In this document: positions 9,488 through 19,287 of the stretch, in pieces
How the letters are laid out: each line of letters opens with the position of its first letter
Numbering within the stretch: position 1 is the first letter of the stretch
Source: Candidatus Ozemobacteraceae bacterium
Lineage (GTDB): Bacteria > Muiribacteriota > Ozemobacteria > Ozemobacterales > Ozemobacteraceae
DNA: 64,000 nucleotides
Direction: 5' to 3'
NCBI GenBank assembly: GCA_965140445.1
Contig: OZ223236.1
Coordinates: 4,448,001-4,512,000, forward strand
The notes under the pieces: model-generated
The model's database searches: none
What the model saw: only the letters and a program-made list of their open reading frames with translations
What the model was told of the DNA's origin: nothing
Program-made: the position numbers and the translations under genes

Positions 9488-11839
9488 ATGGCAAATTGTC
9501 AAAGCTGTGGAGCAATTAACAACGAAGATTCAATCAGCTGTGTAGCATGTAACAGGACACTTTTGGTTGTATGTCCCAGATGTACCGCGAGAAATTCAGT
9601 ATCAGCTGCAATATGTGGCCAATGTGGAAGAATTCTTCAGGAAAAAAACGACCCCAATCTAATGAGACAAAGGTTCGGAGATCCTGTAGATGAAATGCTG
9701 ATGCAACAAAACGATGATTTTTCCAGCACCGAGTTTCCCAAAAGTGCGTTTGCAAAAGTTATAATTGGAATCTTTGTCTTCTCATTTGTTTATATGTCAC
9801 AGATTTTGAGTGGTCATCCAATTTTACTGCTGTTAGCAGGCCTCGGCAGTGGTGCACTGGCTTTATGGGGATTAATAGACATTACTTTCTGGGTTTTAGA
9901 AGATAATGAAATAAACAAAGCTCCAGTTAACGAAAGCATCCCAGAATCTTTCCCAACTGGAACAGAAGAAGGTTTACCTTCCATTGGTGAGTCATTTGAA
10001 GCAATGGATCAGGACTATGAAGATTCTATTAAAGAGCAACAACAGGGATTACCAGATCTTCCATTGTCAGAAGATGAAGCAGAGGCTTTAACGGCAAAAA
10101 ATCTTTCAGAAGAAAATCATGAAATCACTGAAAAAGATGAAGTTGAAGAGAAAAAAGCTAAAGCCCAGACTCTTGCAGAATTTCTCTCAGATGGCATTGA
10201 GAAAGAAATTTCGGCAATCCAGCGAAAGATTAGAAGATCACCAGACAATTTTGCTTTGCTGATGAGACTTGCACAACTCCACGAAGAAAGAGGAGAAATA
10301 AACCTCGCAGTTGAAAAAATGGAGGAATGCATCGCATTTCAGCCAGAAGTCGCTGAAATTTATCTTTACCATGGAATACTTTTACGCAGATCCGGGAAAC
10401 CTGACAAGGCAAGAGAAGCGTTTGAACGGGCCCTTGAATTAAACAAATTCATGTCCAAGGTCTACTATCAACTTGGAATTCTTGAGAGAAGTCAAAGCAA
10501 TCTTGATCTTTCAAGAAAATTTTTACAAAAATGTATTCAGCTTTCTCCTGATGATGCTTATGCTCATTACCAACTCGGAATGATTTATAGAGACTTAGGC
10601 GATCTTCGCCTGGCACAGATGGAGTTAAAAAGAGCAACAATTCTTCATCCAACAGATTCTTACGGGCACAGTAAATTGGGACAGGTTTTTCAACAAACCG
10701 GCCAACTGGAACTGGCAATATCAGAATATTCTGTCGCCCTTAGTATTAAGCCTTCAGATCCCTTCGTATTAGAAAAACTTGCGGAAGTAGTTGCAGCCAA
10801 ACATATGCCCGAAAAAGCAGCAGAATTGTTCCAGGAAGCTATTTCCAGGCAGTTTCATCCAAAGGTTGAAACAATGCTTTCTCTTGGCAAAGTTCTTCGC
10901 CAACTAGGACGATTTGAGGAGCTTGAAACTTTAACCACAGAAATTTTGCGTCTGGACAAAAATAATCACCATGCATGCTTTTTAAAAGCTATTTCAGCCA
11001 TAAACCAAGGTAGGAATCTCGATGCGGTTGATATTCTTGAAGATTTAACCCAAAACCCACAAGCTGGTTACGAAGCATGGCTTGAGCTGGGAAAACTGTA
11101 TCAAGCAAATGGAAAAGCAGAAAAAGCTGTTTCAGCCTTTATTCGAGCATCAACGAGTGCTCCTGACCAAGCTGGAATATGGAACACAATCGGAGTTCTT
11201 CTTAGCAATCAAAAAGCTTATGAAGAAGCATTAAAGGCTTTTAAGAAAGCACTGAGCTTTGATTATACTGATTCCCAGATTCACACAAATATGTCCGCTG
11301 TACAAAAGAAAATAGAATCAAGTTGTAACAGAATAATTGAAACCCGACAAAAGCAGCTTGAAAAGAACCCGGATGATCTGGAAGCTTATCTTGAGATGGG
11401 ACATGCTCTAGAATTATCTCAGAGACCAGATGAAGCTATGATGGCTTACCAAAGGTTACTTGCAGTAGACCCTGAACACATTCAAGGTCTCATGTCTTAT
11501 TCAGAACTACTCAGAAAACGTGGAAAGCTGAAAATGGCTATGCGTTGCTATAAGGAAATTTTAAAACTTCAGCCAGAAAATCTTGATACGCATCTATATC
11601 TTGTTCAGGCAAACTTAAACCTTGGGTTCTTGAATGAAGCTCTCAGGCATGCGGTAATTGCACAAAAGCTTTCAGCTGAGGACCCACGGGTACATTTCCT
11701 TCTAGGTAAAATTTACTTTGCCAAAGGTCTTGCCCCAAGAGCTTTGAAAGAATTTACTTCGGTAGCAGAAAATTCAAACGACCCCGATATGATCAGTTGG
11801 GCAGAGCTTATGAGAAGACGATTGTCGAGGAATTCATAA
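9488..11839 (+). CDS. Double zinc-ribbon, two-TM, multi-TPR protein
   Basis: Four CxxC pairs at the N-terminus, two TM helices, an acidic linker and many TPR repeats. ATG at 9488 follows a GAGGAG RBS. Confidence 0.8.
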   Translation: MANCQSCGAINNEDSISCVACNRTLLVVCPRCTARNSVSAAICGQCGRILQEKNDPNLMRQRFGDPVDEMLMQQNDDFSSTEFPKSAFAKVIIGIFVFSFVYMSQILSGHPILLLLAGLGSGALALWGLIDITFWVLEDNEINKAPVNESIPESFPTGTEEGLPSIGESFEAMDQDYEDSIKEQQQGLPDLPLSEDEAEALTAKNLSEENHEITEKDEVEEKKAKAQTLAEFLSDGIEKEISAIQRKIRRSPDNFALLMRLAQLHEERGEINLAVEKMEECIAFQPEVAEIYLYHGILLRRSGKPDKAREAFERALELNKFMSKVYYQLGILERSQSNLDLSRKFLQKCIQLSPDDAYAHYQLGMIYRDLGDLRLAQMELKRATILHPTDSYGHSKLGQVFQQTGQLELAISEYSVALSIKPSDPFVLEKLAEVVAAKHMPEKAAELFQEAISRQFHPKVETMLSLGKVLRQLGRFEELETLTTEILRLDKNNHHACFLKAISAINQGRNLDAVDILEDLTQNPQAGYEAWLELGKLYQANGKAEKAVSAFIRASTSAPDQAGIWNTIGVLLSNQKAYEEALKAFKKALSFDYTDSQIHTNMSAVQKKIESSCNRIIETRQKQLEKNPDDLEAYLEMGHALELSQRPDEAMMAYQRLLAVDPEHIQGLMSYSELLRKRGKLKMAMRCYKEILKLQPENLDTHLYLVQANLNLGFLNEALRHAVIAQKLSAEDPRVHFLLGKIYFAKGLAPRALKEFTSVAENSNDPDMISWAELMRRRLSRNS

Positions 11840-12996
11840 TGAGGCACTCATTAAAAAGAATTGGTCTGTTTTTTGTCGCGATTGCAGGAATTGCATTGCC
11901 AATATCAGCCCAAAGCTCTTTTTCATCGATAGCAGAATCAAAAGTAACGGTTAGAGATTTGCTTGAAGGGCACGAAAGGGCCCCGCGCTCTGACACCTAT
12001 TATTTATTAGCCCTTGCTGACGCAAGAAAACAGAATTATGAAGAGGCTGAAAAATCAATCAGAACCGGGTTGCAGATTAACCCGCGTAATACCAAACTAA
12101 TGAATCTTCGTGGAGCAATTTATTCGAGAAAAGGTAGATTGGCAGAGGCAAGACGAATATTTCTTACCGTTTTACAACTTAATCCTGATGACAAATACGC
12201 TCAGGCCTCATTAACCTCTATAGAAAAACAACTTCAACCAAAAAGAAATTCAATTATTGTTACACAAAAGGCTGTAGCTAATTCCAGGCCAATCCAACCA
12301 GATTCTCCTGTAGAAGTAGTAAACATAGCCCCGGCAGAGAAAAAGGTTCTGGAAGCTTCTTATTTTAAATCAATAAAGAAAAAACAAAGATGTTACTACA
12401 GCATGGCCAGTATCGCCAGGGCTCAGGATCTTTTTATTAAAGCCCACCCTGACAGAAAAACAGAGTTTGCCATTGAAGAGCTTGTAAAGATGGGCTTATT
12501 GCCCTCGGCACCGCTTTGTCCAGAAGGCGGAAGCTACTCTCTTGATGGAAAAGAAGTCGTCTGTTCTAAACACGGCAAGCAGTCCGTTTTGGGCTCAGAA
12601 GTTCAAACTGTATTTGTAGACTTTAACATGGGTATGAAAGCCAAGCTAAGCCGCAACTATCTTGAAGCCTTAAAAGCCTTTGAGCAAGTTGTCGTATTGT
12701 ATCCCCGGTGGTCGGAAGCTCACTTTCAGCTTGCTGACACGTTGTTTCGCCTTGGAGAAACAGACCCTGCAATATTGGAGCTTAGGCAGTGCCTGAAAAT
12801 TGATTCAGAAAACCTTGATGCCAAGCTTCTTCTAGCAAATCTTTATTTCAAAAAAGGACAAAAGCAATCTGCTCTTGAACTATTAGACGGAGTTGCGACC
12901 AAAGAAAGTGGAACCGTTTATGGACTTGCTGCAAGAAGCATTGCAAAATCAATAAGACTGGGAAGAAACTATTATCAGATCTTCCCACCAAACTAA
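11839..12996 (+). CDS. Secreted TPR protein with a central pilin-head-like Cys motif
   Basis: TAATG coupling with the upstream gene; signal peptide; TPRs flank a C...CPEGGSY...VVCSKHG segment. Confidence 0.75.
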   Translation: MRHSLKRIGLFFVAIAGIALPISAQSSFSSIAESKVTVRDLLEGHERAPRSDTYYLLALADARKQNYEEAEKSIRTGLQINPRNTKLMNLRGAIYSRKGRLAEARRIFLTVLQLNPDDKYAQASLTSIEKQLQPKRNSIIVTQKAVANSRPIQPDSPVEVVNIAPAEKKVLEASYFKSIKKKQRCYYSMASIARAQDLFIKAHPDRKTEFAIEELVKMGLLPSAPLCPEGGSYSLDGKEVVCSKHGKQSVLGSEVQTVFVDFNMGMKAKLSRNYLEALKAFEQVVVLYPRWSEAHFQLADTLFRLGETDPAILELRQCLKIDSENLDAKLLLANLYFKKGQKQSALELLDGVATKESGTVYGLAARSIAKSIRLGRNYYQIFPPN

Positions 12997-13002
12997 TAAG
13001 TT

Positions 13003-13866
13003 ATGAAAAAACCAATAAAAACCCTAGCCTTCTTGTGTCATCCAGCCAGAGCTTCAGTGCCACCACTTTTAAAAACCCTTTTAAAATGGTCTGAAGAAAA
13101 TGAAATTGGTGTAAGGCTTACACCAAGAATGGCACAAATTGTTGAAAGGCCAGAGCTGGGCCTTCCCAGGCAAGACATGGCCTCTGAAGTCGATATGGTA
13201 GTTGTGCTTGGAGGGGATGGCTCAATACTTGAAACAGTTAGGGCTTTTGCGGCAGATGGTGTCCCAATAGCGGGAATCAACTTAGGACATCTTGGCTTTT
13301 TAACGCTTGATGAGCCCAAAAATGCTATTTTTACCTTAAAAAAACTTAAGAGCGGAAAATTTAGAATTGAAAATAGAATGATGCTTCAAGCTATCGTCCG
13401 CCGCCAGGGAAAAAAGGTTTTCCGTGGAATTGCTTTAAATGACATTGTTGTTCAAAAAGGAACAATGCTTAGAGTAATCAACATAGATGTTTCCATTTCT
13501 GGAAACAAGGTAAATACCTACCATGGAGACGGATTGATCTTTTCTACCCCAACTGGTTCTACTGCATATTCGCTTTCAGCAGGCGGTCCTATTGTCCCTC
13601 CATGGGTAAATGTAATGGTTGTTTGCCCATTAAATTGTCATACTTTAAACGCCCGCCCGGTAATTACTTCAGACTCAGAACGATTAATCGCCAAACTCTC
13701 CTGCGTCCATTCAAAGGTTGATTTAGTTATGGATGGTCAGGAAGGCTTCAGACTGCAGGATGGTGACGAAATTGAAGTCGGAAGAGCCCAGGAATTGGGT
13801 AGAATTGTTGTATTCAGATCAAGAAATTTCTTTCAGGTTTTAAGAAAAAAAATGAGATGGGGATAA
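13003..13866 (+). CDS. nadK: NAD(+) kinase
   Basis: GGDGS, GINLGHLGFL, ALND and GDGLIFSTPTGSTAYSLSAGGPIV motifs. Confidence 0.95.
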   Translation: MKKPIKTLAFLCHPARASVPPLLKTLLKWSEENEIGVRLTPRMAQIVERPELGLPRQDMASEVDMVVVLGGDGSILETVRAFAADGVPIAGINLGHLGFLTLDEPKNAIFTLKKLKSGKFRIENRMMLQAIVRRQGKKVFRGIALNDIVVQKGTMLRVINIDVSISGNKVNTYHGDGLIFSTPTGSTAYSLSAGGPIVPPWVNVMVVCPLNCHTLNARPVITSDSERLIAKLSCVHSKVDLVMDGQEGFRLQDGDEIEVGRAQELGRIVVFRSRNFFQVLRKKMRWG

Positions 13867-13905
13867 AGCGACTTAAGCTCCTTTCCCCATTATAAGGAGA
13901 ATTAA

Positions 13906-15723
13906 ATGCCCCCGAAAAATAGAATATTAAGATTCTTTTTTACAATAGCACTAATTTTATTTGTTTGTTCAAGTTCTTTCGCCCAGGGAGACTTTCGATT
14001 TTCAGCTGAATTGAAAGAAAGTAATGAGAAACAGATCCAAGTCTCAATTAGCGCAATAATTGGTTTAGACCATCTTCTATATAAAAATCAACTTAGTTTT
14101 GAAATTAATGGTCTAGAGCCATCAGTTACCTGGCCAAAAATAAAAGTAAAAAAAGATCCATTCAGTGAGGATATGATTGAGGTTTTCGCAGAAGGAACCC
14201 ACGACTTTTTATTAACTTTAAACAAGCCAATAAAAGACAAAATCATCAAAGTCCGCATGAATTATCAGGGGTGCACATCCCAAACCTGTTTTATGCCTAC
14301 TTTTAAAGAGTTTGAATTTTCAACTTCGGTCAGAAATGAAATGTTAACCAAACCCTTAAGTGCAGGGGGGGCAAAAAAAATATCAGTCGCAACAAGCACT
14401 AATTCAGTGACAAGCCAGGAAAAATCTCCATCAGTTCCTATTCAGACCCCAAGCGGTTTTGTCGATTTTTCCTCAACATTGGCAGAGAAAGGAACCCTGT
14501 GGGTTCTTATACTTGCACTTTTGGGCGGTCTTCTTGTAAGCCTTACGCCTTGCGTATATCCAATGATACCAATAACACTGTCGATTATTGGAGGGAGAAA
14601 GGAAAATACCACGTTTGCTAAAGGCCTTGCTTTATCTGGAACCTATGTTGCAGGCCTTTCACTGACCTATGCTATTCTCGGACTTGCAGCAGCCAGCTTT
14701 GGTGCCCAAATAAGAGGATTTCTTCAAGGAACAGCGTTTCAAGTAATAATTTCGTTAACCTTCTTTGTTTTAGCTTTTTCAATGTTTGATGTTTTCATGA
14801 TTCAAGCGCCAAACTCGGTCAGAAATAAATTGGGCAACATCAAAACATCAGGAATGCTTGGAATCTTTTTCATGGGAATGGTTTCCGGTCTAATGGCATC
14901 GCCATGTGTTGCGGCTCCGCTTGCAGGAATTCTTGCCTTTATTGCTTCTACCGGGAGTAAGTTTCTTGGCTTTTTTATGCTCATGTTTTTTGCCTGGGGA
15001 ATGAGTTTCCCACTTTTGCTTATTGGTGCTTTTTCAGGCTCATTAAACTCTCTTCCCAAAGCAGGCGAATGGATGATCAGAGTAAAAGAATTTTATGGTT
15101 TTCTTCTACTCGGGGCATCTTTATTCTTTATCCAACCTTTAATTGGCCCATCATGGACCGACATTTTAATGTCTCTGCTATTAGCAGCTTTTGCAGCATA
15201 TTTAGGCTTGTTTACCCAAATCGAAAACGGTGCGCCACTTTTACCCAGAGTTATGAAAAGCTTTGGTGTGGTGGCAATTGCTGTATCATGTGCTTTTGCA
15301 ATTAGTGCCACATCAAAATGGGGCGGTCTATGCATGACGCAGCCTTCAGAAATACAGGCAGCGCACTCTAATACAAAAATGTTCTGGCACACTAAGTTAG
15401 AGGACGCCATAAAAGAAGCTAAGAAATCAAACAAACCCATATTTGTTGATTTCCGTGCTGAATGGTGTTCTATCTGTAAAGAGCTGGAAAGAGATGTTTT
15501 TCCAGACCCAAAGATTTCAGTTCTTTTTGAGAAAATGGTGCTGTTAAAGATTGACACCACAAACCTCACGCCAGAAATCGAAAAACTTATTAAAGAATTT
15601 CAGGTTATCGGCCTGCCAACTCTTATAACACTCGACAGCTCTGGTAAGGAGCTTCCTGCTCTCCGCATGGTTGGGGAAGTTTCTGTTGAGCACCTGGAAA
15701 AGAATCTGAGGCAAGCTTTGTAA
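13906..15723 (+). CDS. dsbD: Protein-disulfide reductase DsbD
   Basis: N-terminal YQGCTSQTC, TM domain SLTPCVYPMIP and ASPCVAAPL, C-terminal thioredoxin WCSIC. Confidence 0.92.
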   Translation: MPPKNRILRFFFTIALILFVCSSSFAQGDFRFSAELKESNEKQIQVSISAIIGLDHLLYKNQLSFEINGLEPSVTWPKIKVKKDPFSEDMIEVFAEGTHDFLLTLNKPIKDKIIKVRMNYQGCTSQTCFMPTFKEFEFSTSVRNEMLTKPLSAGGAKKISVATSTNSVTSQEKSPSVPIQTPSGFVDFSSTLAEKGTLWVLILALLGGLLVSLTPCVYPMIPITLSIIGGRKENTTFAKGLALSGTYVAGLSLTYAILGLAAASFGAQIRGFLQGTAFQVIISLTFFVLAFSMFDVFMIQAPNSVRNKLGNIKTSGMLGIFFMGMVSGLMASPCVAAPLAGILAFIASTGSKFLGFFMLMFFAWGMSFPLLLIGAFSGSLNSLPKAGEWMIRVKEFYGFLLLGASLFFIQPLIGPSWTDILMSLLLAAFAAYLGLFTQIENGAPLLPRVMKSFGVVAIAVSCAFAISATSKWGGLCMTQPSEIQAAHSNTKMFWHTKLEDAIKEAKKSNKPIFVDFRAEWCSICKELERDVFPDPKISVLFEKMVLLKIDTTNLTPEIEKLIKEFQVIGLPTLITLDSSGKELPALRMVGEVSVEHLEKNLRQAL

Positions 15724-15737
15724 AACAAAATCATTGG

Positions 15738-15768
15738 AAGGCTCAAGCACAGTGGCTTGAGCCTTTTT
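15738..15768 (+). terminator. Intrinsic terminator after dsbD
   Basis: AAGGCTCAAGC-acagtg-GCTTGAGCCTT followed by further T residues. Confidence 0.8.
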
Positions 15769-15791
15769 AATTGATAAGGAACAAGCCAAAA

Positions 15792-16292
15792 ATGATAGTC
15801 CGAAAATGTAAGGATTGTAATAAGGAAGCCGAAGATAAAGACATCTTCTGTAGTCAATGCGATTGGGAAATAGACGATGATGAGTTTATCAGCCAATTAA
15901 AAGAGAACCATGCTGAGCTTATAAGAGTAGCTGGCGACAAATTAATTTTAATTCGAGATGGAAAACTTAAAACAATTGACTTTGAAAAAATAAAAAGTGT
16001 TTCCATAATACGCTCAATGGCCGGTCCACAAAAAGGCAACATAAATAGTGTGTTGTTCATATCAAAGAAAAATAAGCAGTTTTCCCTTGCAAATGACTTT
16101 CCAGGGCTGGATAAGGCTTTAACAATTATCTGCCAGGAGTTTCCAGATAAATACAGCGACTTTGGTTGCCATGATATTTTTTCAGGAAAACCAATTCCGC
16201 CTGAGAAAGTAAAATCAAGACAAATGTGGTTAATGGTATTTATGGTTGTGGCTGTAGCGCTCGAAGTAGCATTTATGTTTTTAACAAAATAG
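15792..16292 (+). CDS. Hypothetical zinc-ribbon protein with a C-terminal TM helix
   Basis: CKDC...CSQC; hydrophobic C-terminus; ATG at 15792 after AAGGA. Confidence 0.6.
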   Translation: MIVRKCKDCNKEAEDKDIFCSQCDWEIDDDEFISQLKENHAELIRVAGDKLILIRDGKLKTIDFEKIKSVSIIRSMAGPQKGNINSVLFISKKNKQFSLANDFPGLDKALTIICQEFPDKYSDFGCHDIFSGKPIPPEKVKSRQMWLMVFMVVAVALEVAFMFLTK

Positions 16293-16480
16293 TAGAATTT
16301 TAAATGAAAGCAATTCAAAACCAGAGTAAAATAAATTCTATAGATGCTTTCAAAAATATATTCTTTATTTGAGTATTGTCTATTTGCCCCCAACAAACAG
16401 CTTCAAATTTGCTATTTTAAACTTGTTCAATTAATATTGGGTCAAAAAAAGATTTGGGTAATTAAATAGAAGGATTCCTT

Positions 16481-17437
16481 ATGGCAAGAAATAAAAAAGT
16501 TTCAGATATAGTTGGCGGGATTTTCGCAATTATTTTTATTGCTGGCCTTGTGATTGGCGGGGCATACGTTTCCCATAAAAATAAAGTAATTAAAAGATTA
16601 AACCTCTCTTCAAATGACAAGTTAGAGCGAGGAGATTTTAGTGGTTCATACGATGATTTGAATGAAGCAATTGATCAGATAAAGTTCCCTTATTCTCTTT
16701 TTGTTGGATCTAAAGATTTCTCCACCTATCGCCCGGATGATTTAAAGCATGCCAGAGGAGAACGCGGACTTATGCTCATTTCTGCAAACATGTCGGACTG
16801 GAAGCTTGATGTTAAAGAATTGATGAATCAAACGCATGAAGATCTATCAGTTGGAAAATCATCATCAAAGCAATTAAACAATCTTAAATTGCTACAGAAG
16901 CTACTGCCTTCAATGATCGCCTTTAATAAAAATGACATCAAAACGGCTGTGAATGGTGGATTAAAATTCCAAACCACATTACATAAAGAAAAAACAATTA
17001 GCGAGTTTGTTGCAAGACCCTTTGTGTCCTTATCATATGAGCTCTATAAAAAAACTGATTCTACCCTTTCGATTAAATTCTTCTCCATAGCTAGCAGTTT
17101 AAGCCAGTGCTTTGCCAAAGATGGGGATAAGTTTTTCAAGAATATGCTAGAGACTCTTTCAAAAGAGTCCCCTCGCAAAAAAGTAAGCAAATTTGATCCC
17201 CAAAAAGCTTTTAAATCAGCTTTGGTTCTAGCCAAAAAGAAGCAATTTGAGAAAGCGCTTCCATTACTTGAAAATTGCTACTCTGCTGAAAGTAAAAACA
17301 ACAAGGTTTGCTACATGCTCGCCTTAGTAAAAAAGAGACTTGGCAAAAAAAATGAAGCAAAAAAACTTTGTGAAGAAATTTTGTCGAGACAACCAAATAG
17401 TGCAAAAGCCAAAAAATTGCTGGATTCATTTAATTAA
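16481..17437 (+). CDS. Membrane-anchored protein with C-terminal TPR repeats
   Basis: N-terminal TM helix; C-terminal TPR-like helices. Confidence 0.65.
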   Translation: MARNKKVSDIVGGIFAIIFIAGLVIGGAYVSHKNKVIKRLNLSSNDKLERGDFSGSYDDLNEAIDQIKFPYSLFVGSKDFSTYRPDDLKHARGERGLMLISANMSDWKLDVKELMNQTHEDLSVGKSSSKQLNNLKLLQKLLPSMIAFNKNDIKTAVNGGLKFQTTLHKEKTISEFVARPFVSLSYELYKKTDSTLSIKFFSIASSLSQCFAKDGDKFFKNMLETLSKESPRKKVSKFDPQKAFKSALVLAKKKQFEKALPLLENCYSAESKNNKVCYMLALVKKRLGKKNEAKKLCEEILSRQPNSAKAKKLLDSFN

Positions 17438-17496
17438 TCTTTGTTCCAGCTCTTCCTTTCATAGCTGTTCAATCATAAAAAATCGCCCTGCGCCAT

Positions 17497-18018
17497 TCAT
17501 TTTCTGATAGTATCTAACCAATCAACGATCTTTGCCGCGTCGGTAGCTGTGCTTTGTGAAAAGAAATCTCCGTCTTCTTTTAGAAATACAGGTTTAAAGG
17601 TTTTTCCAGTTTCATCCCAGGAGTAAGCAGTCCAGCGGTAAGTCCCCATGTCCACCCCTCTGTTAATTGGCTTTGAATGTGAGGCAACAGCAACTTGAAC
17701 AATGAGTTCTTTCATTTCTTTTAACTTTTGTAGATTTACCTTTTTTACAAATTTTAGCCCTGTTGAAAACTGATTTCGCAGTTCAGCATTTGAAGTAACC
17801 TTTTTACCAGCTATACGATCTATTGGAGATGCCTTGCATGCAGCATAATCAAATTTATTCAAATTGCCATCTGAATCGATAAAATAACCATTATATTGGT
17901 GACCCCAAGCGTAGTTTTCATATGTTTTTGAAAATAGAACCAATCCGGGTTCCTGGGCAAATAGATAGCCAGAACAAAGCAACAAAATTGTGAAAAGAAC
18001 CAGACAAAACTTTTTCAT
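17497..18018 (-). CDS. Secreted hypothetical protein
   Basis: Signal peptide; YENYAWG motif; GGAGG RBS; ATGA overlap with the upstream gene. Confidence 0.7.
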   Translation of the reverse strand: MKKFCLVLFTILLLCSGYLFAQEPGLVLFSKTYENYAWGHQYNGYFIDSDGNLNKFDYAACKASPIDRIAGKKVTSNAELRNQFSTGLKFVKKVNLQKLKEMKELIVQVAVASHSKPINRGVDMGTYRWTAYSWDETGKTFKPVFLKEDGDFFSQSTATDAAKIVDWLDTIRK

Positions 18019-18548
18019 TTTTTCCCTCCAAATTTTAGTAGAACCTCTCTGGTTAGTAATTGAATATCTTCTAAATCTTTTGCTCTAACATCACTACTGG
18101 TAATTTTAAAAGCATAAGAAACCATAGGGCTTAAAACCCTGAAACCATCGACTTCAACAGTAAAGGCAGATCTTTCCCAAATAATATCTGTATTCCGCCT
18201 AAAAATTACCCCAGCATCATTTGTACGATAAGTCAGTATTTCAAAGCGATAAGCTGTGTCATCGCTAACCCAGAAATTGTGAACCTTTTCAGGTAAGTCA
18301 TCAAAATTATATTTCGCCAACTCCCCTTCAATACAAGCCCAGACAGTTAATCCATGCGCTTCAAGACAACCAATCAACTCAGGTAAATCATCATAGAAAA
18401 CACCAATATCCAGGTCATCATGCTCACGCGACTTCTTTCCAAAAAAGTGATCAATAGACTCTCCGCCGGCCAAAAACCAACAATCCAAATCCAACAGCAA
18501 TTCTTTGAGCTGGAATTTGCTAAATGGTTCCCAATTCACTTTTCGCAC
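18015..18548 (-). CDS. Nucleotidyltransferase, aminoglycoside-2''-adenylyltransferase / lincosamide NTase-like
   Basis: WFLAGGESIDHFFGKKSREHDDLDI matches the W..GG..D...G...R.H.D.D signature. Confidence 0.7.
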   Translation of the reverse strand: MRKVNWEPFSKFQLKELLLDLDCWFLAGGESIDHFFGKKSREHDDLDIGVFYDDLPELIGCLEAHGLTVWACIEGELAKYNFDDLPEKVHNFWVSDDTAYRFEILTYRTNDAGVIFRRNTDIIWERSAFTVEVDGFRVLSPMVSYAFKITSSDVRAKDLEDIQLLTREVLLKFGGKK

Positions 18549-18549
18549 C

Positions 18550-19074
18550 TCATCTTACTGGTTTAACCAAAGTCGTTTCCCGACTTAATAAAAATAAAGG
18601 TTTTGAAACAATCATAAACACAATTATTGATGTAATATTTCCTATGAGGGAAGCAGCCAGCGCAGTTTTGAATTCCAAACTTTCTTTGAAGATCCTACGA
18701 TCCTTTCTGCTCGCCAGATACAAAATGACACCCTCGACAAGCACCACAATTGCTTCAAGAACAATTGTTACCATAAGATTGCTTGTAACACCAAAAGGCG
18801 TATGAACAAATACAGACAATGCGTTATAAAATGCAAAAAAAGTCATGCCAGTCAGCAAAAGCCAGGCAAAAGAAAATTCAAGATAAGAAGCAAGTCTTTT
18901 GCGTAGAAAGTAAAGAATCGCCATGGCCTCAGCGAATAAAGACAAACCAATAGCCAAATAACTGAAGCTTTTTTCAATTTCAGGATCGGGATAAACAATT
19001 GGGTTGGCGTGAAGCCGCCCAGCCCAAATAAACACAAGAACAAAGATTGCAAACAAGAATTTCTGTTTTGCCAT
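18550..19074 (-). CDS. Hypothetical membrane protein
   Basis: Signal or TM segment plus about four TM helices with an intramembrane E...E pattern; GAGG RBS before the ATG at 19074. Confidence 0.65.
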   Translation of the reverse strand: MAKQKFLFAIFVLVFIWAGRLHANPIVYPDPEIEKSFSYLAIGLSLFAEAMAILYFLRKRLASYLEFSFAWLLLTGMTFFAFYNALSVFVHTPFGVTSNLMVTIVLEAIVVLVEGVILYLASRKDRRIFKESLEFKTALAASLIGNITSIIVFMIVSKPLFLLSRETTLVKPVR

Positions 19075-19159
19075 TTTAAACCTCAAGCTTCTTATTAATT
19101 AAGCTTAAGGCCGTCTGGAAAAAAAGTCATTCGTTAATTTAGCCATTTTTTATAATTTA

Positions 19160-19276
19160 GGGCGCTTGAGCAATCACATTGTTTAAGCGGATTGGCCCAT
19201 TCCCGCGATCCCCGTCGCGGGAAAATTTTGCCTTTTTTAGAACAAACGTTTCACCAGGTTTAAAACTTGGTGAAAC
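19160..19276 (+). ncRNA. Candidate structured small RNA (three hairpins)
   Basis: TATAAT at 19151-19156, then hairpins at 19163-19189, 19200-19223 and 19248-19276, with a T6 run at 19233-19238. The non-Watson-Crick pairs are G-U only on the + strand. Confidence 0.3.
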
Positions 19277-19287
19277 ACTCTAATTTT

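Noticed and set aside
15854..16396. 180-aa antisense ORF, and the many other short overlapping ORFs in the track
   Set aside because: They lie opposite or inside better-supported genes and show no recognisable motifs, so they were treated as shadow ORFs.
15771..19086. Genomic island or integron cassette array
   Set aside because: The genes look accessory, but no integrase, tRNA, direct repeats or repeated attC-like sites were seen.
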